Of a DNA stretch of 64,000 nucleotides, positions 13,480 through 42,728 are shown piece after piece (within the stretch, counting starts at the first letter, position 1; every line of letters starts with the position of its first letter). The notes below the pieces were generated by a model that saw only the letters and a list, made by a program, of their open reading frames with translations, did no database searches and was not told the DNA's origin. The position numbers were made by a program, and so were the translations under genes. Source of the stretch: Lingula anatina (lineage: Eukaryota; Animalia; Brachiopoda); assembly GCA_051362555.1 (NCBI GenBank), contig CM120649.1:15948567-16012566 (forward strand), read 5' to 3'.

Positions 13480-16400
13480 GGATATGATCGCTTTTATTTA
13501 TATTTTGCAACTTTTACTCCACTTAGTGCCTTAAGGAAAGTTTAAGAAAAATAGACTAGTATGATCTTCTTTTCAAATTAAATGATTTGCCATTGGCATT
13601 AATTTTTTCACAATTAATTTATTTAATCAGATAATGGAATTATTTTTTCAAAATCTGTTTTTCCAGGATATCTGACTGGTTGTCCTGCTTACGTGGCCAT
13701 TATTGTCAATGACTTGACAGAAATGGTGCAGCTCTTCAACTTGGATACTCTTGTTGTCTGTCCTCCAAGATTTAACTTTGCTTTTCAATTTTCTTTTGGA
13801 GACATCAATAGGGAAAAAGTATTTGAAGTTTTACTCCGAGATTCTCATAAAAATTACACTGCCTATGTCTCCTCAGTAAGTGTTATCAAAAATAGCGATG
13901 TTGAAGAACAAACAGCAGATGGAGCTAGCTACAAAATCTACCAAGACAACCCTGACCCAGTAGAAAGTGCAGCAGTTAAAATGAAAGAAGATGCCACTTT
14001 CAAAAATAATCCAGAAGAATGGCAGCCAATCCGCACCTTATGTATAGTTTTTGGATCTCTGTCCCTTTTCTCAGTGCTCTTGCTGTTACTGATAGAATGT
14101 TCAAGATCAGACATAATTTTTACAACTGGAGATCAAAGTTTACGCAGAGATTTGAGGAGACGATTGGAAGTTTTCCGTAGGTTAGAACACCGTAAGATTA
14201 CAAGCTGCCACAAGTTGTTTATCACAGGTTATACAATATTTAGGATAGCCTATAGTGTTGCTTTTACATTTACCTTATTTATTTTGTTATTGACCTACCT
14301 CTGTCAGAGTGACTTGGAGAAAATCTCCAAGATCAAGTATTTATCAGAAATACAGACAAACTACAGCCGTGACATGACTGCAGATATGAAATCTCAACGC
14401 AATGCAGAACTTGCCAGGCAACGGGGCAGGTTTCTCGACATGCAACGTGGATGCGATGAGCATGTTGATAGATTATTCACAAAAGTACAGCAGAAAATGC
14501 TCAGCTTCCGTGACAGACAACTGAGACTAATCTACCAATCAGAAACAAGCATCTGGAACAGTACCCAGGTTATTTTGGAAAATAAACTTCAGGCGTACAG
14601 GTCTGAATACAACGCAAAGTTGCAGGAGTACACGTCTGATGCCAAAGCCAAGGTGGAGTATCTCACCACGCTCTACAACCAAGCTGCCAGGGATGTTTAC
14701 GATAACCCCTGGTTGGATTTTCCCAAACCCATATATAATACTTCGAGGAGTGCTTCCCCCATCACCCTGAGCATGGAATGGACAGGGATTCCAGAGGAAT
14801 ATGTGAACTTCCTGTCTTTCCTTGGTTTGGATAACGCCCTACAGATGGCGATGAGGTTGCCAGAGTTGAAGAAAAGGTAAGAAATTCCAATTTCCTGAAA
14901 TAAAATTACGGTCATTCTGGCTTGTTAACTAAATTATTATCTGAGTCTGAGTAGATTTTTGTCATTTATTTTTCATTTATTTTTTGCTAAATTTTCTATT
15001 AAGCTGACTGGTGATTCAATATTTATGTCAATGTTCTTGTTTAAGTTCAGCATTATTACACTCTTGTAATTATCCTCTCTATGGGGAAACTGCAGTCAAC
15101 ATTTTAATGGAGACATGTCATTAACAGCTATTTTGAAAGCAAAAATTCCCATTTAGTTTTATTTTATGATGAAAAAGATGCTGTGTTTTCAGGTTAAATG
15201 CTTTACCAAAGCCTCCAAGGACAATGAACATTAACAGAAAGCCAGTCCTTGCTTTATGCAGGTCCACAGCCATGGAGAACAACACCTTTAGGTTTGTGTT
15301 ATCTTCCAAGGAAGTTAAAGAATCCCCTGAACTGACGGTTTTGGGGGATGGAGATTTCGAGAAAACAGAGGACTTGAAAATGATGGATATACTGAATCTC
15401 CTTCAGATTATCTTTATAATGGCTGATATTGTTATTTTAGTTTACCGTTTCACACGAACGTACGCCACAGCACGTGCATTGTGTCAGGGTCTAGAGGAAC
15501 GGCTTCAGGACGGAAAGTCGCGGTCATTCTATTTCAATTTGTGTAACGTGTATTGTTCTCACAACGGTGGAGTCACAGAAACCACATATGTTGATTACAA
15601 GGAAGATTCACTCGTGGCAACTCCCCAGGGTACGCCAAAAGACCCCAGGGGTGAAGAGACCATGGACAGTCGAAAGCCCATGCTAGAAACCCCCACCAAC
15701 AAAAGTCATCAACAGAACAACAAACATAGCCATAACAATATGAAAGCGGCAAAGTCGCATGGAACCAAGAAAAATATCTTTGACTGTACATCATGCTTGG
15801 TGGAAACTATATTCAAAATCATTGCCAAAGTCACTTATCAGAACTTCATGGTGAAGTTGGTATTTGGAGGTGTCATTGCTCTCCTGTTATATTGCCTATT
15901 AGTTACATGTAGGCTGTATGTGTCATCACAGACTTTATATTACTTAGGACAGTATGAGTTTTTAGAGGAAGGACTGCAGTTAGATATAGATACTACAAAC
16001 TCTTTGCTCATAAAGCATGCGCAGCACTGGAACGACTTTCTCGTTACTGCACAAAGACAGCAGATGTTAACGAGGATGGAAGGGCTGGCGAGGGTGATAG
16101 GGGGCTTCAATCAGGCACAGGTGAGATACGTACTGTGATATAGGTATTATTTTTAACATGCATTATTTGAACATTGACAGCTCTGTGTTTTTATGAATTG
16201 CACCAGCTATACAATGTGTGTGATAATGTATGTATTATATGTGAATAATAGATGATATAAACATTTTTGAATTTTTAAGTGTATATTTTCTTAAATTTTT
16301 TGCTGCTCATTTTAAAAAATATTTTATCCAAATAATAAATGCTGTGTAATCATTTTAACATTCACTCTGATAATTTCATGCAACAGGCTGCCCTTGTAAG

Positions 16401-17370
16401 TCAATTCAACCTGGAATACTGTGCCTTGAGTGGTGCTAGCGCCACCTGCAGGGCGCCACTGGTGCCACACTACATCAACATTCACCTAGCACCTTGTCAT
16501 TATATGCCAATTCAAGCACACCTACTCACAGGTGAGGATCTCACTCTGGTCACTGATTTTTGGGGAAATTCTATGGCCATGAAGCCAGTGATGTCTTATC
16601 GGAATAAAAATGCATACTTCTGTTGAAAAAATGACAGAGAAAGCTCATTTACGGCTTATGAAACAGCTAGAGATTGTAGCTGTACTTTATAATAAATGCT
16701 GCCTTTACGTACACAGAATACTTCTTATTATAAGTGCTTGGGATGTGTAAATGTCAAAGAAAGGAGGAACATCTTGTGAACAAATTATGAATTTCCAGTT
16801 TTAGTTTTAGATTTTATTATGTGGCATATAGTAAAATAATGACCTTTGTTTTACACATTTTTTTTAGTTCTGAAATAAAAAAAAAAAAAAATTATATTAG
16901 TAATAGTAATAAAATGGAAAAGAAAGGAGAAATGAAAATGGAGAATATTTTCATCTGTTTCAGGTTTTAACACAAGTACTCTGGTGCCACGTTTACATGC
17001 ACAGTTTACTGAAGTGTCCCTGGCAGTTCACAGCCTCTCTTTCACTATAGTCTATGTCACCATGGTTGCAGCGGGAACCATGTTGGTCATACACCTGCTA
17101 GGCGTAGCACTGTTTCATTACCTCAAGACGAGACATGTATTTCCTGTCCAAATTATCTATGAGGGTTGCACACCGCCACCTGGTGTGAATATAACTGTAA
17201 ATGGACCATCGAATTCTGAAATTTTGGAAGAATCTCAACAGCCCTTGGTCCCAAGACAACATCGGGTTTCCCAGAATGCATCAGCCCAATCGAGTCCGGC
17301 AGTGGATGTAATAAGTGGGTCAACAGAGCATAAGTTGAAAACAAAACGACATGCAGAATCCAGGGTTTAA
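1597..17370 (+). CDS. Uncharacterised large multi-pass (predicted 5-TM) membrane glycoprotein with Cys-rich ectodomain; 5' end outside the window; at least 1411 aa
   Basis: Phase-compatible GT-AG exons at 1597-1656, 3088-3370, 3919-4093, 9131-9320, 11842-11949, 12219-12827, 13219-13341, 13667-14876, 15193-16120, 16387-16531 and 16964-17370 join into one open frame ending ...HAESRV*. There are many N-X-S/T sequons and Cys clusters (CQAC, SCCATDC) and five hydrophobic segments in the C-terminal half. Bases 1-17 (ATC GGC GAT CAC AAT G|gtttga) may be the end of a further upstream exon. Confidence 0.85.
5888..5896 (+). other. Candidate 9-nt cassette microexon (VLV in phase 0) of gene 1
   Basis: Branch point CACTAAC 5854-5860, pyrimidine tract, cag|GTCCTCGTG|gtaagc, and two overlapping TGCATG motifs at 5920-5929; frame-preserving. 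Confidence 0.45.
8189..8356. mobile_element. MITE with CAGGGGCGGAT TIRs (hAT-like, about 5-bp TSD)
   Basis: 5' CAGGGGCGGAT and 3' ATCCGCCCCTG; flanks TGCTG / TGTTG (one mismatch). Confidence 0.7.
10577..10658. mobile_element. 82-bp piggyBac-like MITE
   Basis: TTAA|CCCTTTATCACTCAT ... ATGGGTGAAAAGGG|TTAA: TTAA target duplication, CCC/GGG termini and imperfect TIRs. Confidence 0.6.
11182..11251. repeat. Perfect 27-bp inverted repeat (hairpin) in an intron
   Basis: TTACTGAAGAATTAAGAATATTTGAAT (11182-11208) is the exact reverse complement of 11225-11251; 16-nt loop. Confidence 0.9.
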
Positions 17371-19819
17371 TTAGCAACGAATTTAAGAGCTATACTCTTG
17401 TTTGAGAAAAATGAACCTTGAATCAAGAACCTCATCAGCATTTTCGTACATTTATATATGTATCTATCTTATGTGTATTCAACTTGTATTCATGCTGTTA
17501 GTGCATTTTATAATAATGCTCTCATATTGGAGAATCTCAGTCGTAAAGCCATGCAAGGCATTTCATTTTTGCAATTTTTTGTCACATGTTTTGTAAAATT
17601 TCATCTGACAATTGAATCTTCTTTTCCAAAATTAACAATTATTGTTTGGTAGGTAGGGTGTACCAGCTTGTCAAAGGCTCTTTTTACATTGTGGGGTATA
17701 ATATTTATCCTGTATTGCAATATTTTGACTGATCTTTATAATTATGTAATTAACGTAGGGGGAGGGGATCTCCATTTGATAAGTCTGTTTGTTGTTATTG
17801 GACCAATCAAAATTAATCCAGTTTGCTGGCCATCTCATCTCATGTAAAAGTCGGGTTATTTAGTTGGCAATCTCTCAAACCATTGCTATACAGACAGGTA
17901 TACTGCTACACCATGTGAAAAGAGCCTTATAGAAATTAATAAAATCTCCTGAAACCCAAATTACTGTTTAGAACTTTTCTTTATAGGAGATATTTTTTTA
18001 ATTAAATTAAGGTCTTTTACATCTTGTTTTATGCTTTTTGATAATTAGAATTTACTTTCCTTGCAATTATAGTAATGCAGTATTAATAAATGGATGTATT
18101 ATTCAAAAGACAGTGTTTTAATTGGTGTAAAAGCCAATGCAAGGGAAGAGTTACTTTAAGGACTATTTCCCATTATTTTAGACACACTGGTTGTGACTGT
18201 TGTATTTCATACTGAGAAATATTTATCTTTTATTTCAACATTCCAGTAATTTTAAGCTCCAATCATTGTCTCTGATGGGATATAACATAACTCTTTTTAT
18301 TGGGACATGGAACAACATGTTTATACTATAGGGAAGGGGCAATTTAGGTTTCAATTTTAAATGTTTTGTCACAATTTTTGTGGCCTAGCAGTAATGTTAC
18401 CACTGTTTTTTTTTTTTTTTTTAATACATAATTGTAGTTGCAGCATATTTTTAGTACTGTTTTAGGAAAATTGATCCTGTTGTTCATGCTAATTTTACTT
18501 AACCTCTTATAAAGGTCTCTATTTAATACACTCCATATTTCGTTAATCATTTTCTTGTAAGTCTTCAATAAACAACAACAGAGCACAATTTATTTATAGG
18601 CTGTGTTAAGAAGAGTCAAGATACAGGAGAAAAAAACATGCCATGTTATTACTAGTTTAGGTTCTTTTTCTGCCAAAAGCAATTTTTTTTAACTGGATGA
18701 AGTGCATTTTCAAGTGCAAATCAACTCTTTGCCATGTACAATTCTGCTGATGCCAGGGATGCTGTAAATCACATTACGGAAATCATGTTATAATAACAAG
18801 TAGAGACCTCAATTTTTTTAATTTTTTTACTCTCCTATTTCTTTAAATCTTAGTTCTGCTTAAGTTGTTATAGACATATCTCGGAGAATATATTGTAAGA
18901 CGCATTTGTACAGGTACCACAGACTGTTGTCCTGTGGAATTAAAAATGTGAGACGTTAATTACGTGTACACTTCTTTGACAGTTCTATGTCAAACTATTG
19001 CTTACCATCATCCCAAATTATGTAACATGGTAAATTTAGTAGTCTTCTATGAATATTATGTACCAAGTAGACATGCTTTATTTGCAGTTATCATTTGCCT
19101 CTCATCAAAGTAGAGAAAGCTTTAAAATTCTGAATGTCCCCACAATTGTATTATTTATATTTCACCTAAAGTGATATCCTGAATTTAATAAAGTTGAATT
19201 TATTTAACATGAAAGTCGGTGAAAACTGTTCACTTTGCACTGACAAGAAGATATTGAGGCCATTGCACAGTGACCTCTATTCAGGCCAAGGTCAGATACA
19301 AGGTCATTTTAAAAGGCCATAGACATGTTTTTGAAAAATTGAGAAAATTACTGTTTCTGTACACATTTTTCTGTTTAGGAAAAGGTTGTATTTGTACTTA
19401 ATAAGGTGTCACGTTTGTATAGTCATGGTCTTTTTACAGCATGTTGTAGTATATTGTAGAATATAAAGCCAAAATGTTGAATGTGAATAAAAGTCACAGA
19501 AATTTGTTACACATGGTATTTTCTCGGGTTTTTTTTCCATCTTTTTGTCTTCTCATGCCACAGCAGAATATTTGAGAAAAAAAAATTAAGGAACTGAAAG
19601 CAGTATTTTTTGAAAATATACACTTTATTCATATATGTAACTTGCACCTCTTTCATTGCTTTATTGGGTGGGTAGCAAATGCATAGCCAACAAAACATTC
19701 CATTTTTCTTCACACTCAAAAATTACTCTTTTATGACAACAAACCAGAGAAAAACATCATCTTAGATTGACAAATTAAATGTACATGTATCTGATAAAAG
19801 TCATACGTAAACTTTGTGT

Positions 19820-19866
<47 letters not shown>

Positions 19867-20080
19867 TCTTTTTTTTTTAATTAACATAAATCACATATTA
19901 AAATGACCTGAGAGCATGGATATACTTAAAAGTTTTGACTATCAACTTTAAATGTTGCAAAATAAACCATTAAAATCTCAAAACATTGTTAAAATAAATG
20001 TAGAAATCAATAAAATTAAAGATATTACAATCAATTAAATGCATTTAGAAACACTATATGTCATAAAAATTCTTTTGTTT

Positions 20081-20333
20081 CATTCTTTGGTGAATCATAC
20101 TAAATCATAAGACGGGAATAATGAAAATAACACAATCATTAAAACAAATAAATAACTTTTCAAAATATGTTAGATTAGCAATATTAAAGGAATTTCAATG
20201 TTCCTTAACCTTTGGTTACATTCTTTGGTGAATCATACTACATTCATAAGACAGAAACAATAAAGTTAACACAATCATAAAAACAAATGAACAACTTTTA
20301 AATATATCTAGCAATATTAAAGGAGTTTCAGTG
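20081..20333. repeat. Diverged tandem duplication (about 138-bp period) in the TMLHE 3' UTR
   Basis: CATTCTTTGGTGAATCATACTA...TAGCAATATTAAAGGA starts at both 20081 and 20219. Confidence 0.85.
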
Positions 20334-20578
20334 GGTAAAAAATAAGGCACCTACACCAATTGGAAAAGTCAAAGTACATGCTTGTGCCATAATACACCCT
20401 CTCGTCTATCACTTATTCAATAATAAAATGTCAACCAAAAGGCAATTAAGATCAAGTTCGTGAAGATATATATTCCAATTAAAGGAGACAGTGAAAGGTA
20501 ATACTGGAAATAAACAATTTCATCAAGATTTAAAATCAACTTGAAATATTCAACATTCTTTGTAACAGAATTAAAGAC

Positions 20579-23500
20579 TTAATTCGCGAGACCAAGATAC
20601 CTTGCCTTGCTCAACCAATCATCTCGCGGCAAATAGCAGCCACAAAGTATCCTCTCGCCGGCAAACTCTGCGCGCCCGTGCATTGTCCGCCAGTTGTCGA
20701 TGAATATTACTGTTCCGGGACTGAGCTTGAACCAGTACTCGTTATCTGGTGACATCACTTCCTGTGAGAGAAGTTTCATGGCGCAGTAGAACCTTGGTAT
20801 CTCATCCGCTGGGATGGTGTTTATAATTCCTCTGTCGTAGTTGTTGTATCTGATATGAATTGTAAAATGTCAAAACAACTGATATTATAAATATAATTAT
20901 TATCCAGTTTCAATATGTCCTTGGAAAATATTAGCTACTACTAATTTCATAAGATACCGTGAATTAAAGCAATCTTTCAATATCTTGAGTAGCAACTAAG
21001 TTCACAAAAATTAATACGTTTATCCTGTAAAGACAAGTTTGCAAAATACTAGAAATAACAAAAGATTGTACGGCAGAGAAAAGAATTGACATCATCCCTA
21101 CCTGAACTGCACTAAATCCCCAGTACAAGGGTCAAGTCTGAATGTAGTGTCCACACTGCGAAGATGATACTGATCGTCCAGACAGTAATGAGGGATAGGG
21201 GTACGGACCAGGTAGTCAAACGCATCTGGATTCTGCTTTTTAACTTGCATCGCCACATGGAAACCATCCACTAGGACAGACTCGCCCCCTTGCGGGGCCT
21301 CTTGAAGACAGTGGAACACCTGAATGCTGGAGGAAAGTAGCCATTTTTTTTTAAGTCACTACAGGAAACAAATTAATTTTAAATGTATGATTATAGTAAT
21401 GATAAACTATGTATATTACATTATTAGGAGAAAGGGAGAGAGATCCTTATCGCACTGCAAATTTAAGCAAGAAGAAAACCCAGGGGCTGTGATATACCAG
21501 TATAGTTCTGCATTTAATGTTCTGTGTTCAAAAAGTTGGAGCTTGAAGCAGCAGAACATAATGCACAGCCACCATATTTGGGATAAGATAGATAACACCA
21601 ATTCAATGTGCAGTTGTGTAATCAAAAACTCATTTATAGAATAATTTTTTTTAATTATTATTAATATTATGTTTCTTACTATAACCCACATGATAAATAA
21701 ATTAATATCTGTGTCTTTAAAACATGAATTTCCAAATAAAAGTTTATCATCAACATCATTATCATCATCATTATTATTATTATAACTCACCCACTTGGTT
21801 CATTAAAGTAACAAGTATCTATATGAGACCCCAGTCCCACATTGCTGAAGGAGCTGTCTTTGTAATCTTTGTACTCTCCTGTTGCCCGCGTATACCACAT
21901 ACCACCATACAAGGTCTCCTTCACAAACGCCACGCGTCTCGCCACTTTTTCTGTGGCGTCAGTATTGGCCGGGACCTATTACAGGGATGAGACTGAAGTT
22001 TAGTGAAAAAAAAAACTGAAAATGGCATGGGGTCCAAGGGATCCTCTGTACGTACCAATCTCAAAAAATATTTCTTGACTCCCAAAGGTCAGAAAGCTGT
22101 CTACAGACTAGCTGAAAAATTTCTCATTACTGCTTTAAACATACAGCACTGAAGATCATGTAGCAGTTCACTTGATTTGAAATGATTTACAATTACTGTT
22201 TTACAACCTTCCATGGCTAGATCACGTTTGAAAATGTTTTACTCTCCAGACAAGGCATAATTTTATAATTACCTCAGAGACAAGTCCAAACCCATAGGTC
22301 AGAAGATCCTTCAACATGTTCCTCAGTCCCCCATCAGTGTCCATGTATTCCTGGTAGGGCACTGGGGTGGGGCTCTGGCTCTTGATGGTCTCTGCATTCC
22401 ACAGCACCTTGGGCACCTGCAGTATGTCTGGTTTCCCAGGGTAGGCATTCTCCAGGAGCCAGTTTAGAGAGTACGTGGTCACGTGACCATCGGGCCCTGG
22501 AATGGATTATCATGATTGAATTTATAATCTACAGCATTCACTGAGGACCAGTTTGGAGAGTATTTGGTCATGTGATCACTGGGCCCTGAAATGAATAGTC
22601 AAGACATAATTTGAAACACATGTGGTGCACATAATTGGTCTTTGTGTTTTGTCATGACCCGATTCCCTGTCTCTCCTCTTATCTCCTTATATTTGTGCCT
22701 GTTAGTTGACACAGTTTTTTCTGTCAACAGACAACATGTCTGAAGATGCAGATTATGTGACAGTGCAATCTCTGTTTATGGCTACATTACCTCTAGGACC
22801 CTTTTCCCCGATAGGAAAGTTAATTTCTATGTTATATAAGAATTTAACATTTACAGTGTGCCTTGCAGCATCTAAATGATTTCTGATAATTATATTGACT
22901 GTAATCTGTGACTAACATTCAATCACCAAATCATCGCCCTCAATGTTGACTTCCTTTGGCTGAATGTCTAGAGGTATGTCATTGGTCACGATATTCTTCT
23001 GGAATGTCTTCTGGTCTATGCACTGTTTGCACTGGCAGTGGTCCCGCAGCCAGACGTAGTACAACTGGAGTGACTGGCCAGCTACCTTTATCTTAAGGTG
23101 ACTGTAGGGTGCACTGAAACTAATTATGAAATGTGAATTTATATGCTGGTGCAAGCGGGCTGTTAAAGAGACAGCAAAGTCTCAACTTTTTGATCTATCA
23201 AATTAAAATCTGGACTAAATGAAACATTTTCAGTCAAAAAACAGGTGCTTTCAATCCTTGTGGCTAGTTAGTAGTCTTTCAAATCACATAAAACTAACAC
23301 ACGAAGCCAACAAAGATCACCATGTCAAATAACTATTTACCTTGTTATTTTCTCAAATGTCACATTTCTTTTCTCTGCTGCATCTACTTGAGCACATTTG
23401 CTAGTTGTTACTATGTTCCTTGACAGCAGTGATAGAGAAGGTGTTACGGACGAAAGTCTTGCTTTACCGATATAGCGTTTGGCACTGGAATTCTGAACTC

Positions 23501-23594
23501 TAGGTAGCGCTGCTGTGCTGTGTTTAAATGTCCGCAGCTTGAGGCAACCTTTTCCATATTGCAGAACACCTTGGCACGTCTTTCTGAGAAACAT
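20579..23594 (-). CDS. TMLHE: Trimethyllysine dioxygenase, mitochondrial (carnitine biosynthesis; 2OG-Fe(II) BBOX/TauD family), 451 aa
   Basis: Exons 23594-23341, 23113-22917, 22496-22273, 21975-21791, 21326-21102 and 20849-20579, all phase-compatible. Motifs: YVWLRDHC, WPDGHVT, LWNAE, KETLYGGMW, HxD (SHID), IQVFHCL, LVDGF, RYNNYDR, FIDNWRTMHGR, LCGCYL. The Arg/Ser-rich N-terminal presequence favours TMLHE over cytosolic BBOX1. Confidence 0.9.
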
Positions 23595-25049
23595 CTTCTG
23601 AAAGTAAATAAAATTTTGAAACTATCAAGAGCACTAAATCATCCTTACTAGTCAAAATCTCATTTCTTTTGATACAACGGACCAATTAACAATAATGCCC
23701 GTGAAAGCATTTGCTACTTTCATGAAATATTGTTCACTTTGGCTAATAAAAATGTCATCAATTTGATAATAAAAAGTATATGTATATTTGGAATTGATTT
23801 GGTGAATATCTGTACTGAATCTGTCTTTATAACATGATGCAGACATTTAACAACTTATTACATACATATTTATTTTGAACCAATATTATTTGTATTTTAT
23901 GAAAACAGCACTAATTAAGAAGCATTTTCTGCTTCAATAAAACTGATTTCAAAGTATAACATATATATGTGATAAAATAATTTAGCCCCCCCCCCCCCCC
24001 CTCTTTTTCATGAATCCAAGAAAAAATCACTTATCAAAAATGTTGGTAACCTAAAAAGTATGTACTAATATATGCATTTCCCATCGAGGAAGAAAGATTT
24101 GTCAAATATAATGGATTTAGTAAAAATATAATAATAATAATAATAATAATAAAGATTTCAAACTTGCCAGCAAGCCTTCCGTTGCACTCCCACTGTCTGT
24201 CACTTCAGGCCAACTGAGAGTCAAAAGTTTTCTGGGCTCTCTTATCTGTGACCGACTTTAGTTTATAGTGCCTGGTAAGGTAAAAATATGTGTACTTGTT
24301 GTGTCTACATTCTATGATAAAACATGAACTTTGTAATGACCTTCATCTCTGCCAGCAATAGCATGGAATTCATGCGTTAGCACATACTTCTATTTATGGT
24401 TTCGGATATGTGCTGGTTAGCACAGCCAGATCAGACACTGTAAATAGGAGTGCTAATGCATATGAATTCAGTGCTACTCCACTAAGTGTAAATTGGGAAA
24501 TAAAGAGATCTTGACATGTGTGGTTTATTTCTGCATGAAGTGAGTACTAATATGTTTACATTCCAGGCGTTTTTTTTTTTTTTTTTTATTGATGTCCTTT
24601 AAAAAGTTGGTCTTGTTGATGCAATCCACATCCATCTACCAAATGTACAGTTTGTTGTGAGCAAAAGAATACTGCACATGCTGAAGGTTTCTTCATTCAC
24701 AACTTCAAGCAACATGTCTTTTTAAAAATAACTTTCTGATAAATTCAACCTAGATCTATATCATAATTAGGTTTAATCATATCTAATAATCATTTCCATG
24801 CGCTAATAGTGAAAGGGTTGTGTTGTCCTCTGAACTAGGAAGCACTGGTTGAATGATTACCAAGCATGTAAAATTGTAACCTACAATTTAACTGAGGCAG
24901 CACTTCATCAACTTCGACTGTCACTTGGAACACTGTCAGTGTCACCAAATCTGTGGTTGATAAGCGATAATAAATTACATTATCCGCTAAACCACGCTGT
25001 TGTCCGCTCCATGAAAACTCCAAATAACTCAGATCATGTTTCAAAATAC

Positions 25050-26143
25050 TCTCGTCTGATAAGTTACAACTGGGTCAGGCAATCAAACGTGTGTGCGATA
25101 CAAACCTCTCGCTACTCAGTTGCCGGTAGAACTTTGGACTCGACATTGTTGATCTTGATCACGCGCGAATTCTTCAAACTTTTGTAACATAAAATAATTA
25201 GCCATGCATCATAGAACATTCATTTTATTTTGCAAATATATTTCAAAATAAATAAAATCTTTATTTCTAACTATATTTAATGGTTTTCATTTCTTAATTT
25301 ACTGACTTACATGATATTCTCATTGAATTTATTCATCGGTGAACGTGTGTAAGTCCATTTGTCATATAAGGCTGGCTGGAAACAGGAGGTTTGTTATGTC
25401 CAGTAAAAAGATGGCCGTCACAGGCCATCTTAGGTTGGAAGACAGTGGTCGTCACACATCAGAGAGTTTCATGCCGAAAAACTCCCTTCAGTGGAAATTT
25501 TCTCTCCAGAAATATATATGCTCGTATATCGTATAAACATATATTGGATTCCAAAGTCATATTGGTAATAATGGTTTTCATTGGTTTTCATTTGGTGAAA
25601 TAAAAATACCCAGTGATCATTAAAATTCAGAGTACAAATAGATAAACTCTCAATTTCAAATACTCTGCATGTACATGTATCACGAATTCCTTTAAAAGGG
25701 GGATAATTAAAACAAAATATTCCTGTGCGTGGCAGATAGAAAACGGTAGACATTTTTCTTATCAGTATGTTGGTTTATTTTTCTATTAATTCATTCATTT
25801 TTGAAGGGATGGGGATCCCCCGGGTTTGTGTTTTTAGGGGATTGGAAACGGGAAAGAAGAGGGTACACTGTAATTCCTCCCAAGGGGAACGACGCACGTG
25901 CCTCCAGGCTCCCCGCTTTTGTACTTATGCGTTTAACTCTCTTGTAATAAAATATCTGCTTTCTGACCTGAAATGACACGTGGCTTGTGGCCGGATATGA
26001 CATGCTTGCAAGTTCCAGTGATTAGCCTCTCTTTCAGCAAGCAGTCATCTTCCTGAACGAATTTAATAAACAAGGTCACGTCATCGGAAGAAGCTTGTGT
26101 GGCCGTCGCACGCTGAGAGAAAAGTCTTGAAGAATAAACAGAA
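25050..26143. promoter_or_regulatory. Probable bidirectional promoter region between TMLHE and the tetraspanin
   Basis: The genes are divergent and the region is locally CpG-enriched. CACGTG E-boxes lie at ~25894 and ~25977, and a composite CACGTCATCGGAAG (CRE-like plus ETS core) lies at ~26077-26090. The TMLHE ATG exon has an acceptor at 23598-23600, so a non-coding first exon must lie upstream; candidate donors are near 25067-25105. Confidence 0.5.

Positions 26144-42728
<16,585 letters not shown>

Noticed and set aside
20579-23594. Calling the dioxygenase BBOX1
   Set aside because: The mitochondrial-type presequence and the YVWLRDHC, RYNNYDR and LCGCYL-RDD motifs fit TMLHE better.
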